Below are positions 47,765 to 57,611 of a stretch of DNA of 57,794 nt, piece after piece; positions within the stretch are counted from its first letter, which is position 1; every line of letters starts with the position of its first letter. The translations under genes were made by a program, and so were the position numbers. The DNA lies in assembly GCA_025355725.1 (NCBI GenBank), contig JANXZC010000034.1, positions 1 to 57,794 on the forward strand, written 5' to 3'. The notes beneath the pieces are model-generated. The model did no database searches, had not been told where the DNA came from, and was given only the letters and a program-made list of their open reading frames with translations. The stretch is from Syntrophus sp. (in: bacteria) (GTDB taxonomy: Bacteria; Desulfobacterota; Syntrophia; Syntrophales; UBA8958).

Positions 47765-49003
47765 ATGGCATGCATCACCCCCTTCCGGGCCCTCCGGCCT
47801 CACCGTCAATACGCGCAGGCAGTCGCCGCGCCTCCCTATGATGTCGTCAATGTCGAGGAGGCCAGGGCGCTGGTCGGCAATGACCCCTTGAGTTTTCTGC
47901 ACGTGGAAAAATCAGAGATCGACCTGCCTGAGTATCCTCATGTTGAAGAACAAGCCATCTTCCGGACCGCAAATAATAACCTCCTGAAACTAAAGGGAGA
48001 CAAGATCCTTTTCCAGGACCAGGGGCCTTGTTTCTATGTCTATTCCCAGCAGCTGGGAGGGCATCGCCAGTATGGCATCGTCACGGGGGCCAGCGTCCGG
48101 GAATATGAAACGGGACTTATCAAAAAGCACGAAAACACCCGGGCAGACAAGGAACTGGAGCGGATCAACCATGTGGATACCGTCAGCGCACAAACAGGGC
48201 CAGTTTTCATTACCTACAGAAAGAGTAACATAATCGACGGCATCGTCGCCAAGATCGCTCAGACGCCGTCGGAATACGCCTTTGTCGCCTCCGACGGCGT
48301 CGCCCATGAGGCCTGGGTCGTGTCCGATGGGGATACGATTGACCAATTGACCGCGGCCTTTGCCAAGGTTCAGACAATGTACATCGCCGACGGCCACCAC
48401 CGGGCGGCGGCGGCGGCCTCCGTCGCCCGCATGCGACGGGAGAAGGACCCTGCCCCATCGGAGACCAGGGATTATGAAACATTTCTGGCCGTTCTTTTCC
48501 CCCACGATCAGATCCGGATCATGGATTACAACCGGGCGGTCAAAGACCTGAACGGTCTCCAACCTCAGGATTTTCTGTCCCGTATTTCCAGGGATTTCGA
48601 GATTACCGACAGCTTCGCGGACCGATCGCCAAAGAGAATGCATGATTTCGGGATGTATCTCAACGGGAAGTGGCGGCGCCTCGCCTTTAGGAAAGACGGC
48701 TTGGCGGCAGGCGATCCGGTGCGCTCCCTCGATGTCTCGATCCTCCAGGAATACCTGCTGGGACCCGTGCTCGGCATTGCCGATCCCCGCACGGACAAAC
48801 GCATCGACTTCATCGGCGGCATCCGGGGAATGGAGGAACTGGAGCGTCTTGTGGATTCGGGCCGCTTTGCCGTCGCCTTTTCCCTCTGTGCCACGACGCT
48901 CTCTGAGCTTATGGACGTGGCCGACGCCGACCTGGTAATGCCCCCCAAGTCGACGTGGTTTGAACCCAAACTCCGGAGCGGCCTCTTCGTCCATCTCATT
49001 TAA
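47765..49003 (+). CDS. DUF1015 family protein
   Basis: APPYDVV, KKHENT, YIADGHHR, MPPKSTWFEPKLRSG. Confidence 0.88.
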   Translation: MACITPFRALRPHRQYAQAVAAPPYDVVNVEEARALVGNDPLSFLHVEKSEIDLPEYPHVEEQAIFRTANNNLLKLKGDKILFQDQGPCFYVYSQQLGGHRQYGIVTGASVREYETGLIKKHENTRADKELERINHVDTVSAQTGPVFITYRKSNIIDGIVAKIAQTPSEYAFVASDGVAHEAWVVSDGDTIDQLTAAFAKVQTMYIADGHHRAAAAASVARMRREKDPAPSETRDYETFLAVLFPHDQIRIMDYNRAVKDLNGLQPQDFLSRISRDFEITDSFADRSPKRMHDFGMYLNGKWRRLAFRKDGLAAGDPVRSLDVSILQEYLLGPVLGIADPRTDKRIDFIGGIRGMEELERLVDSGRFAVAFSLCATTLSELMDVADADLVMPPKSTWFEPKLRSGLFVHLI

Positions 49004-49046
49004 GTCTCAATAAATAAGGGTTTATCCATATTTTCCGGAATCATTT

Positions 49047-49838
49047 ATGAACATGGAATCTGCCTGCGGCGACAATAGCCTGATCGGGGATGGGGAAACA
49101 GCGGATGACATCCTGGACGGTCGCTTCCGGGTCATCCAGAAAAAAACGGGGTATCGCTTTTCCCTGGATGCCTTGCTCCTGGCCCATTTTGTCCGCATGA
49201 AGAAAGGGGATGCCCTCCTGGACCTGGGAACGGGAAGCGCCGTGATTCCACTGCTCCTGTCCCATCGCTGGGGATGCTCCCGGGTTGCGGGGATCGAAAT
49301 CCAGCCCGAGCTTGCCGACATGGCCGGACGGACATTGGCCCTAAACGGTCTGTCCGATCAGATCGAGATTATCGAGGGCGATATCCGGTCCATAGAACAA
49401 CCCATCGCCCCCCGCTCCTTTGATGCCGTGACCTTTAACCCCCCCTACCGAAAGTTGCAATCGGGGAAGATCAATCCCCTCCCCGAGAAGGCCCAGGCCA
49501 GGCACGAGATTCACGGGTCCGTCGGGGATTTCATCCGGGTCGCCGCCTGTGCCGTGCGAGCTTCCGGGCGTATTTTTCTGATCTATCCGGCCCGCCGCCT
49601 GGCAGAGCTGATTTCCCAGATGCGCCGTTTCCAGGTAGAACCGAAGCGATTGCGGATAGTCCATTCCCGTGCCGAGTTGGAGGGGGAATTTGTTTTAATG
49701 GAGGGCATCGTCGCTGGCGGCGAGGAATTGGCGGTCTTGCCGCCCCTGATCATCTATGAAGAGAACGGCGTCTATACCCCGGCGATGCAAGAAGTTTTCA
49801 GCGACCTTTGCGTCGCTGCAGAAACCGGCGCCGGCTGA
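49047..49838 (+). CDS. tRNA1(Val) A37 N6-methyltransferase-like (TrmN6/YfiC)
   Basis: GYRFSLDALLL, LDLGTGSA, NPPY, ARHE. Confidence 0.82.
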   Translation: MNMESACGDNSLIGDGETADDILDGRFRVIQKKTGYRFSLDALLLAHFVRMKKGDALLDLGTGSAVIPLLLSHRWGCSRVAGIEIQPELADMAGRTLALNGLSDQIEIIEGDIRSIEQPIAPRSFDAVTFNPPYRKLQSGKINPLPEKAQARHEIHGSVGDFIRVAACAVRASGRIFLIYPARRLAELISQMRRFQVEPKRLRIVHSRAELEGEFVLMEGIVAGGEELAVLPPLIIYEENGVYTPAMQEVFSDLCVAAETGAG

Positions 49839-50307
49839 TTTCCCTGATCATTACCCGCTGCAGGATATCCTTCAGCTCCGGATCGTTGATGGCAGCGAGG
49901 CTTTCCGCCATGAGGCGTTCATCCCGCTCCTTGAGGAAAGACACCCATGTGGACAAAGGAACGACGGCAGCGTTTTCGGCATGGTTTGCCGGGACCTCGC
50001 CAATGGAAAAATTCAGTTTCTCGACGGTTCCTTCTCCATAGAGGCTGTTGAATTTCTGGATGATATCTTTCTTCAGGAACTGAAGCTGGTGCATCCAGAC
50101 CGAAGAGGCCACCTTGACGGAAAGGACGCCTCTCCTGATCTGCTCCGGCAGGGTCTGGGCGGCAATCTGGGGACCCACTGCTTCACTCCAGACCCGGCGC
50201 AGGGATGTGCTTGCCCCGGCAACAGGAATCCCCTGTTTTTTCATGATCTTCTGAAGAACATCAGCTATGGGCAGGGGTTTGAATTGGGGGCGTCGGCGCG
50301 GGGGCAT
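49798..50307 (-). CDS. dciA: DUF721 / DciA replicative helicase loader
   Basis: WSEAVGPQIA, GVLSVKVASSVWMHQL. Confidence 0.78.
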   Translation of the reverse strand: MPPRRRPQFKPLPIADVLQKIMKKQGIPVAGASTSLRRVWSEAVGPQIAAQTLPEQIRRGVLSVKVASSVWMHQLQFLKKDIIQKFNSLYGEGTVEKLNFSIGEVPANHAENAAVVPLSTWVSFLKERDERLMAESLAAINDPELKDILQRVMIREISRRRFLQRRKGR

Positions 50308-50374
50308 ACCTTTTTACCTTATCTACAGTTCTCAGGATGGGGTTGCGTATTTTGTCCGTTCACGGTAGCATTAA

Positions 50375-50767
<393 letters not shown>

Positions 50768-51298
50768 TCAGAGGATCTTTCTCAGTTCCTTCACAAAGAC
50801 TTCATAGGTCTCGCGGCCAAAGAGGACGAAACGGACCAGTTCGATATCTTCGTGCTCCCCCAGGTAATCCACCGCCGTCTTCAGGGCGATATGGGCGGCC
50901 TCGGCCAGGGGGTAACTGTAGACCCCCGCGCTGATGGCGGGAAAGGCGATGCTCTTTAGTTTTCTGGCGGAAGCGAGCTTCAGACTCTCCAGATAGGCGC
51001 TCCGCAACAGGTTGGCCTCCCCTCTCCCCCCTCCCTGGTAGACCGGTCCGACGGTGTGGATAACGTACTTCGCCTTCAGGGCGCCTCCGGAGGTGATAAC
51101 CGCCTGACCGGTGGGACAACCGCCGATCTTCCGGCATTCCTCCATGATGGACGGCCCCCCGGCCTCATGGATTGCCCCATCCACCCCCGCCCCCCCGGCC
51201 AGGCCGGAGTTGGCGGCATTGACGATAACATCCGTCTCCTCCCGGGTAATATCCCCCTGCACCAGCGACAGCATCCCTTTGTTGACCTTCACGTCCAT
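50768..51298 (-). CDS. macrodomain O-acetyl-ADP-ribose deacetylase (YmdB-like)
   Basis: GDIT, IVNAANSGLAGGAGVDGAIH, VIHTVGP, AFPAISAGVY. Confidence 0.92.
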   Translation of the reverse strand: MDVKVNKGMLSLVQGDITREETDVIVNAANSGLAGGAGVDGAIHEAGGPSIMEECRKIGGCPTGQAVITSGGALKAKYVIHTVGPVYQGGGRGEANLLRSAYLESLKLASARKLKSIAFPAISAGVYSYPLAEAAHIALKTAVDYLGEHEDIELVRFVLFGRETYEVFVKELRKIL

Positions 51299-51468
51299 AA
51301 TTCTCACCTCCTCGTCCAAAACTACGTTAAGGGTGTTTGAGAAATTTAACCTTCTCTTCCGGCTTATGCAAGGGAAAAATCGGGCAATGTATAATTCTTC
51401 TAGACACCCAACCTTTCAGATGTTACTTAATATTCGTACCGATAATTTCGGTTAACAGGGATAATCAG

Positions 51469-53082
51469 ATGCAGGATCAACGCAAGACAAAACAGGAACT
51501 GATTGAGGAGCTGGCTTCTCTAAGACGAAAGATTGCAGAGCAGGAGCGATCGAAGCCGGCACCAACACTGGCAGAGCTCTTAATCCGCGTAAGCGAGGCA
51601 AAATACCAAAGACTCTTTGATATTGCCACAATCGGAATCTTCCAGTCATCGGCGGAAGGAAAGGTAATCACTGCCAATTCTGAATTTGCGCATCTGTTCG
51701 GCTACGAATCTCCGGAAGACGTTATTGCCTCTGTAAATGATGTCACCGTCGATATGTACGTAGATCCACAGCGCCGCGCGGAAATTGTACGCCTGATGAT
51801 GGAAAATCCAAGCTTGAGAAGCTTTGAAAACTTATATCGCCGCAAGGATGGCAGCACTTTCACGGGCAACCTGCACATATGGCCGGTCCAGGATGCAGAT
51901 GGCCGCCTGTTGACGATAGAGGGTTTCGTTGAAGACATCTCAGAGCGTAAACGGGTGGAGGAGGCGCTGCAACGGGCCCGCAATGAATTGGAACAGCGCG
52001 TCGCGGAGCGGACAGAGGAATTGGTGCGGGTTAATGAGGACCTACAGAATGAGGTTGCCGAGCACAAGCGAGCTGAGGAGGCGCTCCGGGAGAGTGAAGC
52101 GAATTATAGACGACTTTTTGACAGCTCACCATCGGTGATATACCAAATTGATTTTAGGACGGGAAAGTTTTTAAAAGCAAACGATATCGTCTGCGAATAT
52201 CTTGGCTGTAGTCAAGGAGAAATAACTTCACGATCTCCATACGACTTACTGACCGATGAAAGCAAAGTGCAATTTTTTGAACATTTAAGAAAAATGTCTT
52301 TAGGCGAGGAAGTAACAGAAAATCCGGAATACGAGGTAATGGATAAAGACGGGAGGCGATGGTGGCTCCAGTTAAGTAGCAAAAATGTTTATGATAAAGA
52401 AGGTCTTGCCGGAACCGACGTTGTTGCCCATGATATCACCGCTCGCAAGCAGGCAGAAGAAAAGCTGAATAACCGTATGGAATTTGTAACAACACTTCTC
52501 GATACCATTCCCAGCCCAGTCTTCTACAAGGATATCTCCGGAAAATACTTGGGCTGTAACCATGCCTATGAGGAGCTCATTGGCAAGTCCAGAGAAGAGA
52601 TTGTAGGTAAGGACATTTACGAGATATATCCTGCTGAATTAGCTTATTTATATGATAAAAAAGATCAGGAACTGTATGAATGCCCAGGCAGCCAAATCTA
52701 TGATGGTAGTTTTAGCGCCGCAGATGGCTCAATCAGGGACGTGATCATCAATAAGGCTACCTATACAGATGCGAGCAAGAATATTGTCGGAGTAATTGGG
52801 GTATTCATAGACATCACCGATCGCAAACAGGCCGCAGCGGCACTTGAAGAAGAACGCAGGCGACTCCAACAGTCACTGGATGAGGTCAGGACATTGCGTG
52901 GGATTGTGCCTATCTGTGCAAACTGTAAGAAAATCCGCGATGACAAGGGTTACTGGAACCAGGTGGAGAAGTATGTCAGCGAGCGCACCGATGCCGAGTT
53001 CAGCCATGGGATTTGTCCTGATTGTGCGAAAAAACTGTATCCCGAATTCTATGGAGAGAAACAAGGAGACGATAAACTCTAA
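51469..53082 (+). CDS. multi-PAS sensor protein with C-terminal Cys/His motif, no kinase domain
   Basis: Three PAS/PAC units (EDISERK, HDITARK, IDITDRK); C-terminal PICANCKKIRD..W..FSHGICPDC. Confidence 0.85.
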   Translation: MQDQRKTKQELIEELASLRRKIAEQERSKPAPTLAELLIRVSEAKYQRLFDIATIGIFQSSAEGKVITANSEFAHLFGYESPEDVIASVNDVTVDMYVDPQRRAEIVRLMMENPSLRSFENLYRRKDGSTFTGNLHIWPVQDADGRLLTIEGFVEDISERKRVEEALQRARNELEQRVAERTEELVRVNEDLQNEVAEHKRAEEALRESEANYRRLFDSSPSVIYQIDFRTGKFLKANDIVCEYLGCSQGEITSRSPYDLLTDESKVQFFEHLRKMSLGEEVTENPEYEVMDKDGRRWWLQLSSKNVYDKEGLAGTDVVAHDITARKQAEEKLNNRMEFVTTLLDTIPSPVFYKDISGKYLGCNHAYEELIGKSREEIVGKDIYEIYPAELAYLYDKKDQELYECPGSQIYDGSFSAADGSIRDVIINKATYTDASKNIVGVIGVFIDITDRKQAAAALEEERRRLQQSLDEVRTLRGIVPICANCKKIRDDKGYWNQVEKYVSERTDAEFSHGICPDCAKKLYPEFYGEKQGDDKL

Positions 53083-53178
53083 GGTCAGTTCCAGTCGTGA
53101 GAACCTGTAGGGTATGCCGTGTCTTGCTCTTCCATGGAAGGTGGCATTCGGTAATAATAACGCTTATCACATGCGCGA

Positions 53179-53330
53179 TTATAAAATGGTAGCCTCCTTG
53201 AGTTCCCGGGCTTAGGCAGCGGCCTGCGGGAGAATGTCCTGCTCCTGGCTGTGCCGGGCGATCCCTTTGACAAAGGCGCTGCCGATAACGACCCCGTCGG
53301 CAAGGGCGGCGAATACAGTCCTGGTTGCCG
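53179..53330 (-). pseudogene. trpA: tryptophan synthase alpha chain 3' remnant
   Basis: Minus strand FAALADGVVIGSAFVKGIARH..AAA*ARELKEATIL*: TrpA C-terminal ADG-V-V-x-GS motif with premature TAA (53212-53214) and no N-terminal part. Confidence 0.65.
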
Positions 53331-53567
53331 GCCTGAAGGGTTGCGTGTTACATTTTTAGCACCGGTTCGTTGACATCTCCTCTGGTTAGTGTATCATTTT
53401 TGCAGTAGGAAGTTTTTTATCTCTGCGTTTAAATCGAATCTGACACTTACGAGGAAGGCAGCCATATTGCCTCACCCAAAGTAAAGCCTCTTTCGGCATT
53501 GCATATTTCAATCGACCATCGATAATTCCATCTGATGATCAGTCATAGCTCAATAAACAATGAATGT

Positions 53568-54437
53568 TTAAATAACTTTTTCCATAGCAGCAATCGCCAC
53601 TTCGATTTGATCATCGGTCGGTTGTCGAGTTGTGATCTTCTGTAACATCAATCCCGGCCAGCTTAAAAATTGCACCCATGTCCATTCTTGGTGTTTTCCT
53701 GTGTAGCGTATCACCTCGTATGAAATACCGGCAACCACAGGAAGAAGGAGAAGTTTGTATAAAACGCGGTGGGCAAAATCAGGGCGGCCAAGTAGCGAGA
53801 ATACGAGAATAGAGACAATCATGACCACCAAAATAAAACTCGTTCCGCAACGCGGATGACGTGTCGAATATTTTCGAACGTTTGCAACCGTCAATTCCTG
53901 TCCGTTTTCCCACGCGAATACTGTCTTATGTTCAGCGCCATGATACATGAACACCCGCCGCATGTCTTCCATGAGCAGAGTGGAACCCAAGAAGCAAAGA
54001 AATAGACCGAGACGTATGCAACCTTCAATGATATTCAAGAGAAAAGTACTGGCGATAACGCTTCTTAGTAGAGAAAAGATGTAGGCGGGAATAACAATAA
54101 AAAAGCAAATCGATACGGTAAGACTGATCAACATGGATAGGGGCATTTCCCACCGCCCCGGTTTTTTATCGTTCTCAGTCAGAGCCATCTCAGCAGAAAA
54201 CATAAGGCTTTTCATTCCGATGACCATCATTTCGATAAGCGAAACCGAGCCGCGAATAAACTTGAATCCCAGTAATTTGTAACGTTTGGCAAGAGGAACA
54301 TGATACTTTTCCTGGATGATGATTTCATTATCGGGTCTTCTCACAGCTGAGGCAATTTTGTTTTCGTGGCGCATCATGACGCCTTCAATGAGTGCCTGCC
54401 CACCAGCAATATCATTGGTCCGCTTTTCGTTATTCAT
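53568..54437 (-). CDS. DUF1385 membrane protein
   Basis: GGQALIEGVMMR, VFMYHGAEHK, HPRCGTSF, GLMLQKITT. Confidence 0.9.
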   Translation of the reverse strand: MNNEKRTNDIAGGQALIEGVMMRHENKIASAVRRPDNEIIIQEKYHVPLAKRYKLLGFKFIRGSVSLIEMMVIGMKSLMFSAEMALTENDKKPGRWEMPLSMLISLTVSICFFIVIPAYIFSLLRSVIASTFLLNIIEGCIRLGLFLCFLGSTLLMEDMRRVFMYHGAEHKTVFAWENGQELTVANVRKYSTRHPRCGTSFILVVMIVSILVFSLLGRPDFAHRVLYKLLLLPVVAGISYEVIRYTGKHQEWTWVQFLSWPGLMLQKITTRQPTDDQIEVAIAAMEKVI

Positions 54438-54562
54438 TTTAACATCTCCATATCTTTGCTTGGGTGCGTACTCCGCTATCCCTGCCCTTGTAGATTTGGT
54501 AGGGTGTGTAATGTAAACAACCTTCCATGCCGCAAAGGCCGCTCTTGGGCTCGTGTGTTGCC

Positions 54563-55234
54563 TTATGCAGCTTTTTTCTTTAGTTTTTCAAGCAATTTAT
54601 CTCGATAAAAATAAGCAGCTACGAAAACGATCGAGCTTACTCCGACGAGAATGAATAAAGCGCGATACTGCCCATTGCGGACACAGCTTCCGGTTATAGT
54701 TAGCATCAGTGTTCCGAGTAAACGTCCAACTGTCGAAATGGTCAAGAAATGCCACGTCTTCATATGACTTAAACCCATGATGTAGCAGAGGTAATCTTTT
54801 GGTAAACCAGGGATAAGAAAGAGGAGAAATGAAACGAGAATTCCTCTATGTTCCATAAAATGATCAAATTTTTTTAAGACATCTGACGAAACAACTTTTT
54901 CCACCAAAGGCATGCCGAAGAACCTTGCTATTATAAATGCCAGCCAGGAACCAATTGTAAGACCAATTGTTGAATAAATTGTCCCCAGGATTGGACCATA
55001 AAGATAACCGCCAATGAGGCCCGTCGCTTCCCCAGGTATTGGCGCTGCCACCACCTGCATGATCTGAAGCAAAATGAAGACGATTTCATCATAGGGATGA
55101 AATGAATTAATGAATCCTATGCCTTTTTCTTTATTGACAAAGAATTCATACAAATCATGATGGATGAAAACATAAGTCAACAGAAAGACAATCAGAAATA
55201 AGAAAATGATCCTGAAGGCAAGACGTCTATTCAT
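54563..55234 (-). CDS. TVP38/TMEM64 family (VTT domain, DedA superfamily) membrane protein
   Basis: LQIMQVVAAPIPGE, GGYLYG, FLIPGLPKDYLCY, GRLLG. Confidence 0.88.
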   Translation of the reverse strand: MNRRLAFRIIFLFLIVFLLTYVFIHHDLYEFFVNKEKGIGFINSFHPYDEIVFILLQIMQVVAAPIPGEATGLIGGYLYGPILGTIYSTIGLTIGSWLAFIIARFFGMPLVEKVVSSDVLKKFDHFMEHRGILVSFLLFLIPGLPKDYLCYIMGLSHMKTWHFLTISTVGRLLGTLMLTITGSCVRNGQYRALFILVGVSSIVFVAAYFYRDKLLEKLKKKAA

Positions 55235-55252
55235 TGAACAGAAATAGGTGTG

Positions 55253-55453
55253 CTATTCTTTTTTATCATTAATTTTCTTCGCTTCTGAAGTATCTTCCTT
55301 CTTATTCTCAGGTTCTTGCATAGCCTTCTGGAATCCTTTGATTGATTTGCCGAGAGTGCTCCCTAAATCTCCAAGCTTCCCCGGTCCGAAAATGACGAGG
55401 ACAATAATCAAAATTACCAGCAAATGCATCGGTTGAAAAAGACCTTGAAACAT
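55253..55453 (-). CDS. tatA: twin-arginine translocase TatA/TatE subunit (copy 2)
   Basis: HLLVILIIVLVIFGPGKLGDLGSTLGKSIKGFQKAM; AGGAGG RBS. Confidence 0.92.
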   Translation of the reverse strand: MFQGLFQPMHLLVILIIVLVIFGPGKLGDLGSTLGKSIKGFQKAMQEPENKKEDTSEAKKINDKKE

Positions 55454-55728
55454 CTCGCACTACCTCCTGTTCCTTGTGTTTATGGTTTCTTATAGTGCTT
55501 CAAGAGGAAAGTCAATCGAACGGTCACAACAGCTGTCGATGGGAGGACTACATTTCTGTGAATCCCACTTCTTCCTCTGAGTGTAAAGGATTCTTCCCAA
55601 ATATTGGCTCGTAAAATAAGCCTCTGCCAATACGGGAAATGCTTAAATATACCAACTGAGACCGCCATGGATACTAACAATAATCACAGTCACATGAACA
55701 TAACCAGATCTCCAAATGACCAACTCAT

Positions 55729-56229
55729 CTACTTGGAAGAACGCACCGGCAGTGCACGGCCGTTGATGCTGTTCGACTTGGGACTCAAGGCCTGTTCGCC
55801 ATCGAGGAATCGGAGGTAGGCAGCATAGGAGTCGTTAGTTTCAGATGCCCATGGTGCGAAACAGGTAATGTCTATCAACTCCGTTGCTACATGAATGTTA
55901 TTGATAGGATCGCATGCTCCCTGACGGGATTTATTCGCATCATACAGCCCCGCCAGCTCACTCTGTGTCGGCATCCGCCAGTCGGTATAGCCACCCTCAC
56001 GATAATTCTCGCAATAGGACTTAGCGTTCTGCCAGTTAATATCCGAACCGTTGTCCTTTGCCGCCCACATCAGGTTCGTCCGTGTGTCCAGTACTGTCCT
56101 ATTGTCATAGGTGATAAAGCGACCATCCTTGCCAATTTCTCCTGCTGTTGCATACTTCGTTGTAATAAAAGTTCCTGCTAAAATAGCCACCACCATTAAC
56201 ACTACTATCGTTCCTAATGCCCTTTTCAT
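55729..56229 (-). CDS. exported DUF1566 (Lcl-like) domain protein
   Basis: Signal/TM segment; TVLDTRTNLMW, NWQNAKSYC, GYTDWRMPT..EL, ALPVR. Confidence 0.82.
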   Translation of the reverse strand: MKRALGTIVVLMVVAILAGTFITTKYATAGEIGKDGRFITYDNRTVLDTRTNLMWAAKDNGSDINWQNAKSYCENYREGGYTDWRMPTQSELAGLYDANKSRQGACDPINNIHVATELIDITCFAPWASETNDSYAAYLRFLDGEQALSPKSNSINGRALPVRSSK

Positions 56230-56288
56230 CAGTTTGTACCTCCTCCAAGGTTTAACTTGGTTTCTGTTTCATAATTGATTACGCCAAA

Positions 56289-56462
56289 TTATGTTCTTGA
56301 GTCTAGGTTCGGGTAGATTAGCCCTGCTTGCAAGGCGATAAATTTGCTAATCTCCGCCAATCCCTTGTACGCGACTTCAACGTCACAATTTTCTTCTGTC
56401 AAGCACATGTCCAGTGATTCCCGGATGGAATCGTCATCTCCAATAATCAGGATATTCGCCAC
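56289..56462 (-). pseudogene. truncated paralog of the receiver-only response regulator at 515-880
   Basis: GTG start with AGGAGA RBS; ANILIIGDDDSIRESLDMCLTEENCDVEVAYKGLAEISKF matches SRILIIDDDDSIRESLDMYLTEEGYDVEVADNGWAGISKY. It diverges before the phospho-acceptor Asp and stops after 57 aa. Confidence 0.85.
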
Positions 56463-56512
56463 GGTCTCCTTGACTTCTTTTGAAAAATATTTCAGCCTCC
56501 GCTTATGATAGA

Positions 56513-56553
56513 ACCCTCCTCCCGATCTTGATCAGCGGAATCGGAAGGAGGGT
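56513..56553. terminator. hairpin downstream of the small exported protein
   Basis: ACCCTCCT-CCCGAT...ATCGG-AAGGAGGGT imperfect inverted repeat. Confidence 0.45.
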
Positions 56554-56586
56554 AGTCAAGGAGGGACCTTGACAACTTTAACTACT

Positions 56587-56796
56587 CTATTTGTTAATTT
56601 CCGTGTTTTTCACTTCCTCCTGAGGAGCTGGGGCCGATGGAGGTGCTTGCTGATCGGTACTCTGATCGGTGGGTGCGACTATCTTCTGCTGCTCCGGAGG
56701 TGATGTCTGAGGTTCATCGGCATAGGACAGCAAGGGGGCGGCACCAAAGAGGGCCGCCATAAAAGCGGCAAACACTATTTTCTTCATTTTTTTCAT
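56587..56796 (-). CDS. small exported Pro/Gln-rich protein
   Basis: Sec signal peptide MKKMKKIVFAAFMAALFGAAPLLSYA; AAGGAG RBS; low-complexity mature part. Confidence 0.75.
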   Translation of the reverse strand: MKKMKKIVFAAFMAALFGAAPLLSYADEPQTSPPEQQKIVAPTDQSTDQQAPPSAPAPQEEVKNTEINK

Positions 56797-56810
56797 GGGA
56801 ATTATCTCCT

Positions 56811-56924
56811 TTAAGAAAGTTTCATTTTTTTAATTGAGCAATCTGGCCTTTTGTTCGTTAATTTCGTCACGAAGACCAAAAGGGCATAAGATACAAACAG
56901 AATCATCATCGCGGATTCATCCAT
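56811..56924 (-). CDS. 37-aa single-TM small protein (absent from ORF track)
   Basis: GAGGT RBS; MDESAMMILFVSYALLVFVTKLTNKRPDCSIKKMKLS*; the stop overlaps the RBS of the next gene. Confidence 0.5.
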   Translation of the reverse strand: MDESAMMILFVSYALLVFVTKLTNKRPDCSIKKMKLS

Positions 56925-57063
56925 GGCAGTTTACCTCATTTGTTGCCAAGTCAGGGACCCATTGACAAAACCACTAATCTTGCCGAAGGCGTTTTCTCAA
57001 AACCGGTCTATGATGGCCGATACAATAACTTCTTAAGAGGTTACGAAAAGGTAAAGGAACAAA

Positions 57064-57399
57064 CTATAGAGATGAAACTGGGGGTGCCCGGTCTGGTTGG
57101 AAAAAAATTGCAGGTGTGTCAGGAATCAAAAGCCCCATCTCCTGATCAAGATAGGTCTTGATAACGAGATGGGGCAGATAATATTTATTACCATTTTTCG
57201 GGACAAGGTTAGGTGCCTTCCAGGTATGATGTTTGGAATCTCCCGAATCATCATTGTTCAATGATTGGATAAGGGTGGGGTTTGTTTTATAGAATATATT
57301 CTGCGCCACGAGGTCGTCCACCGTTACCGCTGCCACGATAAAGAACAACAGCAATATCTTCAAAACATGGGGTACGACCTGCTTACGCAGCCAAAACAT
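57064..57399 (-). CDS. RAPP-motif leader protein, putative translation-arrest peptide (copy 2)
   Basis: 111 aa from ATG 57399 (GAGGT RBS): basic N-terminus, TM segment, spacer, C-terminal QPDRAPPVSSL* (RAPP at 57079-57090). Confidence 0.7.
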   Translation of the reverse strand: MFWLRKQVVPHVLKILLLFFIVAAVTVDDLVAQNIFYKTNPTLIQSLNNDDSGDSKHHTWKAPNLVPKNGNKYYLPHLVIKTYLDQEMGLLIPDTPAIFFQPDRAPPVSSL

Positions 57400-57430
57400 C
57401 GTTAACCTACCTCTCTGAGTATTGATCGGC

Positions 57431-57459
57431 ATTATATAGAACCATTTCCGGAAAAACAA
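57431..57459 (-). promoter_or_regulatory. sigma70-type promoter for RAPP leader 2 unit
   Basis: TTGTTT-N17-TATAAT on minus strand, ~30 nt upstream of ATG 57399. Confidence 0.6.
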
Positions 57460-57611
57460 GGTCTTCTTTTGCAACGGGAATGGATGGAAATCGTGAAAAT
57501 AATAAACAACAGGAAAATTTGCATCTACCTTACTCGCAGGTCGGAGTTCGTTCTGAATTATCTTTTTTTACGTTCGACATACGAAATAAAGCATTAAGTC
57601 TTAACCGAACT

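Noticed and set aside
55480-55680. 66-aa ORF upstream of tatA copy 2
   Set aside because: No RBS or motifs; could not be matched to the missing response-regulator 3' half.
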